A DNA stretch of 63,883 nt, the filler included, from Phoronis australis (Eukaryota; Animalia; Phoronida): the NCBI GenBank assembly GCA_002633005.1. It is 6 parts of 6 records of this genome, joined end to end, with 100 filler letters (N's around TTAATTAATTAA, not from the genome) between each part and the next. Parts side by side here need not be neighbours in the genome. Positions count along the whole stretch, not along the records: positions 29,882 to 40,576 come from NMRA01000266.1; positions 40,677 to 47,117 come from NMRA01002163.1; positions 47,218 to 57,112 come from NMRA01001569.1; 3 more parts are not named here. One strand, written 5' to 3'. Made by a program: the position numbers and the translations under genes. Every line of letters begins with the position of its first letter. Position 1 is the stretch's first letter. The notes beneath the pieces are model-generated. The model had not been told where the DNA came from and ran no database searches. It worked only from the letters and a program-made list of their open reading frames with translations. Shown here one piece after another: positions 38,401 through 51,544 of this stretch.

Positions 38401-40478
38401 TTCCCCCAATCAACTTCCTTTTAACCTCAGTTTGATCTTTCTTACAGTTATGTATACAGACACGTGGATTTCTAAGCTAGATTTCAAAAAGACATTCTCT
38501 ACAAGTCTGTGCATAATGCCAAGACGAAGTAGCTGGTGTCCAGGGCGGATTGAGGAATTTGAGTTAGGGGGTGGGGGGCCAGGGCAGAGTATTAGCCAGG
38601 ATTGTGCGCGTCAGGCATTCTCAAACCGAACTGCCTTATGGAATCTGGGAGAATTTTAGGGGGGCATGGCCCCCTTGACCCCCTTCTAAATCAGCCACTG
38701 GTGTCTGCTTGTACTTACTTGGGACACTCAACTCTTTTACAACGTGGTAATTCGTCATAACGTAGGTGGGGCCTACTCGGAACCCAGAACCCAGTCCAAT
38801 TCCATTCGACCTTGCAATTAACACAACTGACGGGAGGATATTCGCAAAAGACTGGAGTAAGTGCGCGGACATCAACTTCTTATTGAGATCATGGAACAGT
38901 GTTGAGTTCGCAGACTGTGCAGGAGGCAGTATAAGTGGAAAGAAATCTGAAAAACATACAATTTTGAATTAATTTTTAACAGCGTTATTAGTTATAAATC
39001 CTCATACAAATATTTTGGCTCAATTCTGGATCAACACCTTGACTTCAAAGAAAATTTGAATGAATACGTTATCTGAAGCTTCTGGTAGAGCGTTAGGGAA
39101 GATATGCTCAACATTCTTCGACAACAAGAATCTAGGATTCGAAACGTTTAATTCGTGAAGGGCACCAATTTTAGATTACGGGTCATCTGTTTGGGGTTAC
39201 AAAAATATGGTTATGATGAAAATATTCAAAACTGAGTTATGCGTTTTGATCTAGGGGTCAACCGATTTACAGCCACTCGTACTGTTAGTGGCGATGGGGG
39301 TGGGACTCCACCGGAAATAGTCTTGAATTGAATATGTTGCGTCTTTGGAACAAACTAGTGGCCACAGGTGATGACAGGTTACTGAAGAAGGTATTTCTAT
39401 TGGACTATTCTGTTGGTACAAATGGTTGGATAGATGGCATAACTGGCATGCAAGCCCGTTTTCAAAATTTTACTACTTGTAACATAGTAGATGCTAAAAA
39501 CAAACTATTTGAATACTCGAAACATGTTTGGGCTGAGTCCGTTGTACCAGAACCCCAGTTGAGAACCTACATTTTTATTTAAGCACGAGTTTTTAACTGA
39601 ACAGTATGTGAAGCTTAATTCGTCTCGTTCCGAGCGATCTCTTTTGGATCAGTTTAGAGCAGGAAATCTCCCACTGCGCTAGGAAACTGGTCGTTATGTA
39701 AACACACCTGTAAGACTTTGCTTGAGTTGTGATTCTGGTTCTATCAAGGATGAGCTACATTTTGTGTTTGCTTGTTCTCTTTATAACTCACGGAGGACTG
39801 ATCTTTTTCATAATGTTTCACTCCAAGTCCCGAACTTTACAGATTTCAGGTTAGAAACTTTAAAACTGCTGTTTCAGTTTTTCCCTAGGTAGTTTTCCAT
39901 ATATATCAAGTCTGCTTTTGAACTTAGAAACCGTCGCATTTACGGTAAATCTAAGTAGTGTGGTTAAAGTGACTAATAAGCCCAACTGGGCAGGGTACTA
40001 ATGTTTCTTACGAATGTTATACCTATAGCTGTTTCAATTAATTGTACTTGTCACTATAATAAATAAATACAATACAGCTAATGCCTGTGAAGTTGAATAG
40101 GGACAAGTTTATTCAAAATTTGATACTTCCAAGATTTCCACTGAAAATGGTAGTTAGCTATCAATTTTAAATTCTCCTTGGAACTAGTTAATTACCAGAC
40201 AGCCTTGTATCCACGTCCAATATGTCCAATTCGCCGTCGTTTCCCTTTCTTACTTTCAATATGACGTCCGCCTCACCCTTGGGGATAAGTTTACCTTTTG
40301 ACTTAGCAAAACCTTCCACTACTTTACCACATTGTTTTCCAGTTGGAAAAGCACATGCTCCTAAACTATCGTCGGATGAATCCGCAGTCGTTTGTTCGGC
40401 CGCAGGCGGTGGAACTTCAATGGCACACCCGTACTTTTGTTCCAGTTTTTTTAAATCACGTTTCAGATCCATTTGTTT
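35481..40478 (-). CDS. FAM111-like: FAM111-like trypsin-fold serine protease, 5'-partial; exons 40478-40196, 38946-38719, 36932-36601, 35786-35481 (382 aa visible)
   Basis: All three introns are GT-AG with compatible phases (1,1,0) and splice into one open frame. Motifs: GSGFRVGPTYVMTNYHV (His), EDLDVAVV (Asp), FAGHPDGQEKVLD, GPGSSGSPGF (Ser), AVMHT.G, VEQGV, in the same order as FAM111A (GHP.G..K.ID; GASGSP; VAMH..G; IEFG). Confidence 0.88.
39050..40075 (+). pseudogene. 5'-truncated LINE (RTEX-like) 3' end, antisense within a protease intron
   Basis: PILDYGSSVWG...RLWNKLV..GDDRLLKKVF...PQLRTY...FRAGNLPLR*ETGRY...RLCLSCDSGSIKDELHFVFACSLY (CCHC knuckle), ending in an AATAAATAAATACAATACA tail. 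Confidence 0.85.
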
Positions 40479-41976
40479 CTGGAAATACAATTCGAATATC
40501 TTTTAATTCGGCTGTCTATTCTGTATTATAATAACTTTCTAAAACGCTAAAAACTGAACATCATGCTTCATAAAAANNNNNNNNNNNNNNNNNNNNNNNN
40601 NNNNNNNNNNNNNNNNNNNNTTAATTAATTAANNNNNNNNNNNNNNNNNNNNNNNNNNNNNNNNNNNNNNNNNNNNGGTAAATAATATTGTTGGTGGTGC
40701 AATCAGAATAATGTTTTATTTCAAAGTTTTCATTGGTTTGGGAAGACTGGAAATTGTTACATTTTACGGCGTATCAACGCGTTTAGAATGTAACCAGAAT
40801 GCCCTGTACTATGTATCAAGAATTTCACCGGAATAGCCAAATAATGAGGTAGATGTAGAATCTATCATTTTCACCAGTCTCAGAGTATGGACCCCGCACT
40901 ACTCACTGCAACTCCCAAGCCAGACTTCTTTGAAAGAGGTGTGAAAGAGAAGAAACAAGGAAAACAGAGTACCAGACTTGACCATACATCAGGCAAATAA
41001 GGAAGAAAGAACCTGTGCTGACACCTGAATGCTTCAGTCTCATCATCCCTGGAGTTTGCCTAGCTATTGCTGACAGATACAAGGACGAGGCTATCGCCTC
41101 TACTCCCTACTTCAGCGACTGCGGTCTTCGCCGGGAATTAGATCTCGGTCTCGTTCGAAGGTCAATCGGAGCATTCGAAATTCATTTCAGGGATAGTCGA
41201 GGTACACTGAAGGCATTTGGACGCAATCTAGTTGAACAATTTTAATATTTCACTACGTTCTAGCATCAAACGAAATACATTCGAGATGTATTTCGGCACA
41301 TTCGAGGTACTCCTGGGAATATTCTTACATGATTTGAAGGGACTTGTCGTTCGATTTTTCTCTCCAATCACAATATTTCGAATACAGTAGTTAAGAATAT
41401 TGAGACTGCAGTCAGAATACATGAGCATGTGCCTAACTATCGGGACAACCGCAAAGAACAGACTTGAATGGTTCAGAGTCCAGTCACGATTTTAGAACAA
41501 ACTTTAAATATCCAGGAATACGCGAAGAATTTTCATCCCAACGGCTTTCCACTTCATTTCGTCTCTCGTGTGACCAGGAGTTACGAGGGTAGATATGATA
41601 TTTAATTTGGGGGCATACACGTATGATAAAAAGACCGATCGGAAATCGGGTATTTGCTTTCGATCTAACAGCATGTGAATGCTGTATAATCCCACGCCCC
41701 TTAATGGTCTGATATAATGTGCCCGAATTTTGAGAACCAGTTTTCCCCAATAAATAACGGGCATCAAACTGGTTCTCAAAATGCGGGCATGTTATATCAG
41801 ACTATTGCCCTACGCCCCACAGTTTTACCAGTGTATTCAGACATCCGACCCCAGTATCTATGACTTCGGACCATTGGATTTTCTTCCCTCTCTCGCTTAC
41901 AAATATCGTAAACATCCAGTCAACTGGAACTATAAACTGTTATAATTTTAATTAAAAGCAATCTTGATCCACTCAC

Positions 41977-44382
41977 TTTCACCGATGTTCTCCCAGTAAA
42001 TGTTGATGTGGTTATCTCTGTCTGGCCTAGACTGCTCGTGCTCGAATCCGATGCAATGCATCATCTCGTGCAATATCGCTGGGAACGAGTCCAGGCACCA
42101 TTGGGCGAGATTGAGATCCTGCTTACCAATACCAAGTTTACCAACGTAGCTGTTACATCTGAAATAGAAAATGTTGACTTAGAATTGATATGTGGAAGAG
42201 CGGTAACTATTTAAAAATCAGGGAATTGTTTAAAGCCTATATACATTTAATAGAGTTTTGTAAACCGCGTTTGAAGATAGGAGAAGTAATATTTTTGCAG
42301 CGTCACCAAAAGACCTTAGATTTGGTTCGTGTTTTTGGTTGAAACCAATTTTGAAGTCTTTTTAAACACTGCACGCTTGGGTCTTTATTCTCTAAGTTTA
42401 CTCTAAAATAGGGCTATTGCCGTGAGATGTTCAATGACTGTTTGTATCTTATACTACACAGCTTCAATATTGTCGACTTTAACTTCAATTATTTCAATTT
42501 GATACCTGGGCTTTCGACAAAGCCGATTTAGCTTTCAACGACAATTTCTTATTACGTCGTATAAAGGATCCTCTTCTAGTGATTTCACTTACAATTGGTT
42601 TTGCAGTATTAGTCCATCCCATTATACATGTACATGTACATGTATGTAGTCAAAAGGGGGGATTACACAGTTAAACACTTTCTCAAGTTGGATCTTGTGG
42701 TAGGGCAATATCCTTTCTCCTCTGCCATCGCCATAAATAGCAGGAGTTCATCACTCTTACTGATTAAACCGACTTTGTCACTATTGGAACGTGCTCTCAC
42801 GTTTGAGGATTGGCAATGATAGCAGCTGAGCGTTGCCTTGTTTCAAAGATTTAGGTAGTCTAATGTCGTAGTTTACATCTGTAAGTTGCTATTTTGGTAT
42901 CTTTTTAAGTAAAACATTATGCTGAGAGGTTCACAAATTTGGCAAGTTCTCGCAAATCCTGAGACAACATTTTGCTTTTTGTCAATCCTACGCTTTAAGA
43001 GTGCTTACGCCAGACTGTGACTAAGTAAATGCGTGTTGCTCAGCTGCGCTGCTGAAGAAACCCTGTTCTCTAATTTCTCTAATTGCCCTGATTTTAAAAA
43101 GGCGGCAAATATGTACTTTTCAAATTTTAAAAACAGCGTTAGAGTTATCACGTAAGCTTTCCAGTTGCTACATATTGGTCTGTTGATGCCATGGGAATGT
43201 TTTATCCCGGCGGCGTGTCATGGCCTTACAAGTAACGACTTTTGAACAAAACAATTGCATATTGCTATTTCAGGTAACGCGAACGGGAGATTGGACATGA
43301 CTCAACGTTTTTCCTTAACTGTGAAAAAAAAAAACGTTGTGAGATGTTGTGGGTTTCATTGAGGTTCATGCTGATGCATGTGTACCCGAAACATTGCATA
43401 TTGAAGTACCTATACATTTGCACGTGAGTAGTTATACTAGGGGGCCGCCCCTTTAATTGATCCTGTTGTGCTGCCATGGCTGAGGACTCAAAATATATTT
43501 TGAGGTGTTGTATAAATCAAGACAAACCCGTTTAGGGTGAGCGACATCTACTACCCCGCCACCAATACGTTCCATATAAATACACGTCTTACTATTTTAG
43601 GTGAGAAACATTTTCTTCCACATAAGAATTAACAGACGTACGTTTGATCCGGTGGTTTCTTTATCAAAACGTAATGCCTTTGGTTGGTCCTTTGGACCCA
43701 GTTTATGCATGTGATTCTTCGATAGTGGTCCATCGCCCGCTGTACCTTAGCGCGATCGTGAGCATCTGGAATTAGACAACGAGGGAACTGCTGAATACCC
43801 CCTAGAGCATATTATGAAAATGACCACAACCTTAACGAGAGTATAATAACTTTCACGATATAACATAAACGTAGCTGGAAATTCGCAGTGACTATGGTTC
43901 GTAAGCAGCATGTGATTAATAGTCAGTAAAATGATACTTGGTGAGATGGGTCATATGCCGTATCCGAATAATTCTGATCACGACCGGAAGTTAAATCCAA
44001 GCATATGATGATTTGTTGTTAGTACAACTCTATGTACACGATACATGGGCATCGAATTTAGGATATTGTTAGGTTAACTTCCAGCTATTTAGGGAGAGAG
44101 AGGCATTGTCACAAGCTTAGGTAATTACATAATCGGATGCACTTGATTGACTTCGCCAGTTTCAGTGTGTCAAACAAATTAGACTTCTGATTGGCCAGTT
44201 AGCCAAAAGTCGTCATCACGAACCAATAAGATGTCTAAGCCGACTGACCCGGTGGACCCGGCGAAGTCAATCAAGTGCATCCAGTGGGTACACCTACTTA
44301 AGCTGCCATCAAACACGAAAGGAATATAGCCGCCAGGCCAGTCTTTGTTGAAATCCGCAAGGCCACTGCGCAGACGTGACGG
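41977..44382 (-). CDS. Astacin-family (M12A) zinc metalloprotease, internal exons 44382-44298, 43765-43642, 42158-41977
   Basis: Spliced: PSRLRSGLADFNKDWPGGYIPFVFDGSL/NAHDRAKVQRAMDHYRRITCINWVQRTNQRHYVLIKKPPDQ/TCNSYVGKLGIGKQDLNLAQWCLDSFPAILHEMMHCIGFEHEQSRPDRDNHINIYWENIGE. Perfect HExxHxxGFxHExxRxDRD signature; GT-AG introns, phases 1 and 2. Met-turn exon not found in this contig. Confidence 0.93.
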
Positions 44383-45276
44383 CTGCAATCAAAGAGTTGA
44401 TAATTAGGAATGTGATACACTGGAGAGCTTCTGCTACACATTAAAGTGGAATAAGACGTGAAAGACAGACTGAACTGCATTATTCAAAGTGATTGTCTGC
44501 CACTGAAACAGAAGTCAAACTGTTCACCAAGTAATTTTACGGTTTCTTTGCAAAGTTTTGAATTTCTGTTGATGTCGAAGCATTTTTCCTTTAGTTGGAC
44601 ATTTCTAAAAAACGATGTGTCAGCTCCGCCACACAGCAAACCACGCCTCCTTTGACCATCGTTGGAAACTAAACAATGGTTGTTTTCATGCTGCAGCCCG
44701 ACTTTTTTGAGCGCATGCGCGCTTACATATTAATATGGGCGGAGCATTTGAAAACTGTATTGGAATGAAAGTTCTTATTTCGTCTGTAATTCAAAAATAA
44801 TGAATCCGACGATTTTTACTGAAGGTTCTTGCAATATTCAAAATGAATAACTCTCACGTTAGCATCTCCAAGAAATGGATTCGCCAAGATTTCTTTAAAA
44901 TAATATTTTCACAAGTTTTCGCATACCCTGCCTACTCATGTACATGTATTTAAAACCCCGTTCACATGATGGCATTTACACCCGAGTGCATATTTACGTA
45001 CGGTGTGTATGTTTGACACATTAACGCAAGTACACCTAGATGTAATGCTACACTCGTGTGCGTAATTGCACCAACTTCAGAGGTTGGGCAAATGAAAATT
45101 TACACTCGTGCAAATATACACCTGGCGCATGTGACGCGTGTTTGTAAAAACAAGATCACTCCACCTGAAGAGCCATTACTGTGATCTCGTCTCTTCTTAA
45201 AGCAACAACACTTCCCTTTAAACGTCCAAAAGATCATCTATAGTCATCTGTGGTTTGGTGTGATCTTTTATTGAAA

Positions 45277-45338
45277 TGCTGCTGCTACTGCTGTTGCTGC
45301 TGCTGCCGCTGCTGTTGCTTCTGATGCTTTTTGCTGCT
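45277..45338. repeat. Imperfect (CTG/CAG)n low-complexity tract
   Basis: Direct reading of the sequence. Confidence 0.8.
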
Positions 45339-46157
45339 AGGTAAAGCTTTCAATGCTTTTTATATCACGGTTTCACCGGATATGCATCATCCCTAAGAGT
45401 AATTGTAAAAGGTATGCTTAAAACTTCATCCCGCGGCAAATCTGTTTTTTGGCTCACTTTCCTAAAGTTCTTTGTTGTCTTTGAAGCCTGAGTTCAAAAT
45501 CACCAAACCAAAAAGTAACCTGGCCAAGCCATCTGTGTTTACATCAGTAATCACACACCAAAAAAATTATAATCGAATTCTGAAACTACGTTGTTGAAAC
45601 AAAAACCGCGATTACTGGTATGTGACTTCAATCGATACCATTACTATGCTGCGGCAACCAGGAAGTCCCAAATTTATGATTCAAGTGATGACCTTGTGGA
45701 AACTTTGCGAAGCATAAACCTATCACTCAAGTAGGCCTAATCGGTTATGACTGCTGATTTCGCGCATGCACAGACCGGAACAGAAAGAGCTTCCGTAACT
45801 CCGCCAAGCAACCAACAACGCTGTCGCAAATCTTGTACGCATTCAATACGACTTGTCTCCAACCTCACAGGTGGGCTGTCATTCATTTTTAATGCGCTCG
45901 AGGAATATTAGGCAAAATAAATAGGCCTGTGGAAGTGCATCAGCCGATTGGCAATTCATCTTTCGTCCTTGAAATGTTCATTAATATTTTCTTTTTGCAA
46001 CCAGTCCAGCGGTCGTTCATAACACACAAGTTATAAAATGGATAAATATTTAAGAAGTCTCTTTGTAAAACACGAAAACAAAAACTTGCACTGCGCTCGC
46101 ATATTTCAAATATGACAAAGGCGTGTTCTGTTTCCATGCCTCAATGATCAGATATCG

Positions 46158-46444
46158 CATGCACGCACCCAGCCTAAAAAATAGGGGGCTCGAATTTTTG
46201 AGAATGTGGACCATTTACTTAAAACGTGTGAAAGTTCACAGCGATGAATTGTGCATTCGCCAAATTTAGGTACTTCCGGTCTTTTTTAATGGACTTTTGT
46301 CCCGTTTTATTCTTTTTTTGATTTTCGGAGGAGGACCTTTTTGCCCATTTCGCCAAATAGGAGGGGGGAGGGGCTCGTTGGAGCCCGGGGGAGGGGCTCG
46401 TTGGAGCCCCTCCCAAGAACCCCTCCCCTGAGAGCACGCGCATG
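46158..46444. mobile_element. CATG-ended MITE with 5-bp TSD (TATCG)
   Basis: TATCG|CATGCACGCACCCAG ... GAGCACGCGCATG|TATCG; duplicated artefactually at 46545-46831. Confidence 0.72.
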
Positions 46445-49400
46445 TATCGTGATGTCAGAAAAGAAANAAAACTTGCACTGCGCTCGCATATTTCAAATAT
46501 GACAAAGGCGTGTTCTGTTTCCATGCCTCAATGATCAGATATCGCATGCGCGCACCCAGCCTAAAAAATAGGGGGCTCGAATTTTTGAGAATGTGGACCA
46601 TTTACTTAAAACGTGTGAAAGTTCACAGCGATGAATTGTGCATTCGCCAAATTTAGGTACTTCCGGTCTTTTTTAATGGACTTTTGTCCCGTTTTATTCT
46701 TTTTTTGATTTTCGGAGGAGGACCTTTTTGCCCATTTCGCCAAATAGGAGGGGGGAGGGGCTCGTTGGAGCCCGGGGGAGGGGCTCGTTGGAGCCCCTCC
46801 CAAGAACCCCTCCCCTGAGAGCACGCGCATGTATCGTGATGTCAGAAAAGAAAATTCATTGAGGCTTATCTAGTTTGCATTACTAAGTTTTGTTCAGTTA
46901 CGAGTCGCCCACGTTATACGACGTGACAGAGCTGTTTTCCGTAGAACAGTTTCTTGTCGCAAAAGCGAGATCACGCAAGTCACAGCTACAGAGTATGTAT
47001 CGTTATGTAACACAAGAAAATCACGTGTTCATCCTAGCTTTACTCGCAGAATTATTGCTTCTATGGAGCGCATCCTTGGTTCAATTTGAGATTAGATGTC
47101 CTGATTGAACAAGACAANNNNNNNNNNNNNNNNNNNNNNNNNNNNNNNNNNNNNNNNNNNNTTAATTAATTAANNNNNNNNNNNNNNNNNNNNNNNNNNN
47201 NNNNNNNNNNNNNNNNNTTCGTGTTAAAGCTATAAAATAAATATTTGCCCATTTATACCTAATCTGCAAATTTTGATTGGTAGTTGGAATAATTTGTTCA
47301 TCAAGGCTTCTGTAAATGTCACTGAGTCCAGGCTTTTTACTGGAAATGTAATTATATCAAAAGACACCAAAATCCTATTAATATTTAAAGATGCATATTT
47401 TTTATGAATGCCCGCCTAAATTCTTCCCGGCAACTGTGAGACATCCATATTCTAAAATCTTTGCCTCGATAGGGTTGCAATGTTTTGAAACATTAAAACT
47501 GTTTCTCTTATAATTCAATAAGTCATTTATGTAACCACCCTTGTCCATTTTCTGTTTATTTTTTATTACACCCGAAACTAATTGTCATTATACTTAATTA
47601 GTTGACATATTAAATGAGTAATGTGCTAATTATTACTTGAAGGGTTTCCTTGTTGCACTCTGTTGTTTTTTTTTGCATTTTGGTTACACTCTTCGTTTTC
47701 AGAATTAATTTTTTTTTTAAACCTGTCAGATATTTAAAACGATATTCAAACTTGATTATAAACACGACAGTACATTTTGTTAGACGGCTTGATATCCACG
47801 TGCTCATATTCACTGTAAAATTTCCGATTTTCTGACCTGCCGCCATTATAAACAAACAAGCTTTAGTATTTCAAATCACCAATTTTATATCAAATACACC
47901 TAGACATAGCACCAGCAGTCGATCAAGTGTTAGATTTGCGCATCAGTAAATAATATCTGATGGTACGTTAATTAGCTGACTTCAAACTTACGGGCGTTCA
48001 TTGCTCGATACATATGCGCTCAAAATTGGAGGTGTCATCAACAATTAGATCAAGTTTACTCATACAAATGTTTTTCCATGATGACGTCAACATTAAACAT
48101 GTTTGTCCGGCGAATTGCTACGTTAACATTGTCTTCCAGACGCTTTGGGGCTTCATGGAGTTTTTCGGGGGCACAATGTTTTATTATGGTGCTTTCGCAT
48201 CGCAGTAGGTCTTTACTGTTGGGACTAGCGTTAATACCGCTGATTCCAGGCGTTTAAAATTTCTGGACAAGTTTTCTAGCGTTTGCAGTAAGGGTCAAAT
48301 TTAGATTTCAAGTGGAGGTTTGGGCCAAGGCTGAGCAAGTAATTCTCGTCATCCGAAAGTTTGTGTGACGACGTGTTGACAAAAGGGGATATCGCCATGA
48401 AGAAGAAAAAGTGGAGCAACCGTAGAAATAGTATGAAAAAATTGTCTCAAAAAATTTTCGGCCGATATGTTCTGATTCTAAATGGGAAATGCTAATGTCC
48501 TTTTTCTCGGTTTCACAATTAATTGCAAAGTATCCTCTGCACCAATAGAATCAGTTAACGATGACGGTTTCTGACAGGAAGAATGTCTCCTCATAGATAA
48601 GCCAGTCGTAACCAAATCCCTTTAATATTTTTGTATTCTGTTGAATGTAAAGATGTTGACCTTTGACCTCCTGAGGAGTTCTTCATGATCAGACTAAAAC
48701 CCTCCTTGCTCGTCAATGCAATTTAATCCTATTATAACTAGTATTAACAGTGTTTACTCATCCATGAGGTGACATTTCACTCCCCAACACCACTTCAAAA
48801 TTTGATATTTGAAATCCATAAGTTTCTGGTCATCAACCATCAAAACAGTTTGGCAGTATTTCGGTATCTCAAATGCGTTCAGTTACAATAGATTTAATAG
48901 AAAAAGTAAAACTTTGTTCGCTTACAGGGTAACAGATAATTCAGCCCTGAATGCTGTGTTATCACCATAATTTGTACTAACAAGATTTCTTATATAGTAG
49001 CTTGAAAAAAGCACCACTGACTCGATTTACTAAAAATCAGAGACCAGAAACAACTATACTCTTTAGCCTAACAGCAAGAACACTTAAAAAATTCATAACA
49101 CAACGTCATATTTATTTATCTCAAACTGAGTCGTGCAAAAGACCAGAACCAGTTTTTCTTTTAGTGAGCTCGGGGTTATAGTTTGTACTTACCGACATCA
49201 CAACTTGGAGTTGTGTCCATGTTACTCGTTTGGCCATTATGTAACTTAGCAACTCTTAGTGTCAAAAATGCAAAGCAAGGGAAAGTTCACAAGAGTAAGC
49301 AAAGGCTTGATCCATTTTTCGTGGGCAGCGTGCCAAATTCACTCTGGTAATCCGGCACTTCAAAACTAAGCAATTGTTGGAGGGTCGGTTTTTCTACTTA

Positions 49401-51521
49401 TGACACGAAGTCTCGAAACTATGGTGAAACTTTGGAATTTTGGGCACCGATACTCAGGCAGAAATTGAATTTTCCTCATTCTTAATATTGGGACATGGGC
49501 GATTTTGTCTTTCAACTTATTTCTCTGATTTTGAACACATTTTGTATCAACATAGTCTGAAAATAGGCTTGGCAATTAATGAGGTCGCTAAACATATCTG
49601 CCGGCAGACGCTGCGTTTCCATAGCTTGTAACATATAGCTGAAAGATGGTTTGTTTACTGGCAAAAGTATATCAAAAAGAATTTTGAATGTTAAGGGATT
49701 GCTGGTGAATATTGGAAATGTCTACCCTAATTTGTCTAAAATCTTTGTTCCAGTTTTTTCAAAATGGACCTTATTGAAGTTTGTGCAAAATAAGTTTCAG
49801 TGGCACAATCTGGTGTACGCTTGCACAATTGTTCCTTCACATGCACGTGAGTTGGGTCACCTGCATATGGGTTATATTGCCTGCACAAGTGTTCTATCGC
49901 CTGTACATCTGCACTGTCGCCTGCACATGTATTGTCTCGCTGCACGAGGAGTTAAGTCGGAGATGTCTTGCGAAAAGTGTTGATGTGGCAAGCTGTCGTA
50001 ATAGCAGACATTTTACAAAGCAAACATTAGATGTTCAGTTCACAATCTTGAAACTGAGAATGGCAGGAGAAATGGTGTTCCGGAAATGAAGCAATTTGTA
50101 ATAAATCTGAGCACGAGACAGAAGCCGAATTTCATGTTTCGTTGTCCAGTCCTGGCAAGTTTAAGAACTACGTTTATATCATGTTGCGACGTTAGAAACA
50201 ACTATCTCAGGTCTCTGTTTAAACTCGTTGACAGTAACCAATAAAAAGGCATTTCAAAGTACATACAAATGGCAATGGTCATCAGAAGAAAAAAGTTAGC
50301 TTATATTACAGGCAACTGTGGCCGGTGGCTTCTTATACTCAATTAAGTTAAAACACCTGTTACGGCCCTGTGAGCCAAAGTAAGTTATATGTTCAGAATG
50401 ATTCATTGATGGAATTCTCAGTTGGATGTCCAGTGTCAGACTACCTTTAGATATAGGACAAGCACCAGGACACTTTACATACTAATTTGCTTAACAAAAA
50501 TGACACTCGCAAGAGCTCTGAACAAGTCAGTACAGTCACAGGCAGACTTAGGAGTGGGGCGCAAGCAAAATGAAAGAGCAACAGTGCGACGCGTGAGTAA
50601 ATATTGAGCCCAGAAACTAGGACTGGTAGGGGAGGGTGGGAGGGTGGACTCAGATCCCAGATTATGTCGGTTGCGGAAACGTGCTCCCGTTTTTTTTTGT
50701 TTTTTTTTGTCCACAGTAGATTTTGGGAACGGAAGATTCATCCACGGCCCCCGCCCGATTTCCCCGAGGCAACATGTTGCCTCCCCCACCTTATGGTATC
50801 CTAGATCCGCTACTGACAGTACCATGTAATTCATAAAGTTTAAACATGACAGTCACAATAGTAACACAATAATAATCACAACACAGCGTAACTGATTAAA
50901 CAAGAAGCAATATTTTGGCAATGAATTGCTTTTCCTCAATTCCGGACCTGACTCAGTAGTGCTTAGGATGACTTTACATGGGGTCACATCACAGTCATCA
51001 CTCATTGTCAGGCAATAAAATTCACTGCGAGTCATGGACAGCTGAGAACCCACTAACTTATTCGCCTGTTTCCAGAGCTCATTCTCACAAGCTGCTTTAG
51101 TATGGAGTGCGCCCCAAGCGAGCTGTGTTGCCGTAATGGAAAGACACTAGACGACAACAGTTCTGCGACACCTCAGGCTAGTGTGCTTGGATCAACATCT
51201 GATGAAAACGTTGAAAAAGGTAATGAAAACTGGAGAAAAATAACGGAGTTCAGTTTCACTCTGAATACAGCTTACTTTGGTAATATAGTTACTTAACCAA
51301 ACAAGTTAAAATTCTAAGCATGGAATTAGAATTCTCGCGGGGACCCATGGATTTTAGGGTTAGAGGTAGCGACCCCGTTGGGCTTTCACAGGACTAGTCG
51401 TGAGAATGTGAATTTCCAGTCGTCCACGCGACTGAGTTTTGGTCGATCGAATTTAGTTGTCAAATGGAGCCTAATTTTATTGCTTACGAAAAATTGCTTG
51501 TGGATTTATTTGCGTTGCTAA

Positions 51522-51544
51522 GTGTGTGTGTGTGTGTGTGTGTG
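51522..51544. repeat. (GT)n microsatellite running into a scaffold gap
   Basis: Direct reading of the sequence. Confidence 0.9.

Noticed and set aside
42660-42880. Extra astacin exon after a good acceptor (CTTACAG|ATGTAA)
   Set aside because: The frame required by the phase-2 intron hits a stop within a few codons; the exons on either side join correctly without it.
45140-45345. Poly-Q/A/S coding exon upstream of the astacin
   Set aside because: All three minus-strand frames reach stops before a convincing donor site.
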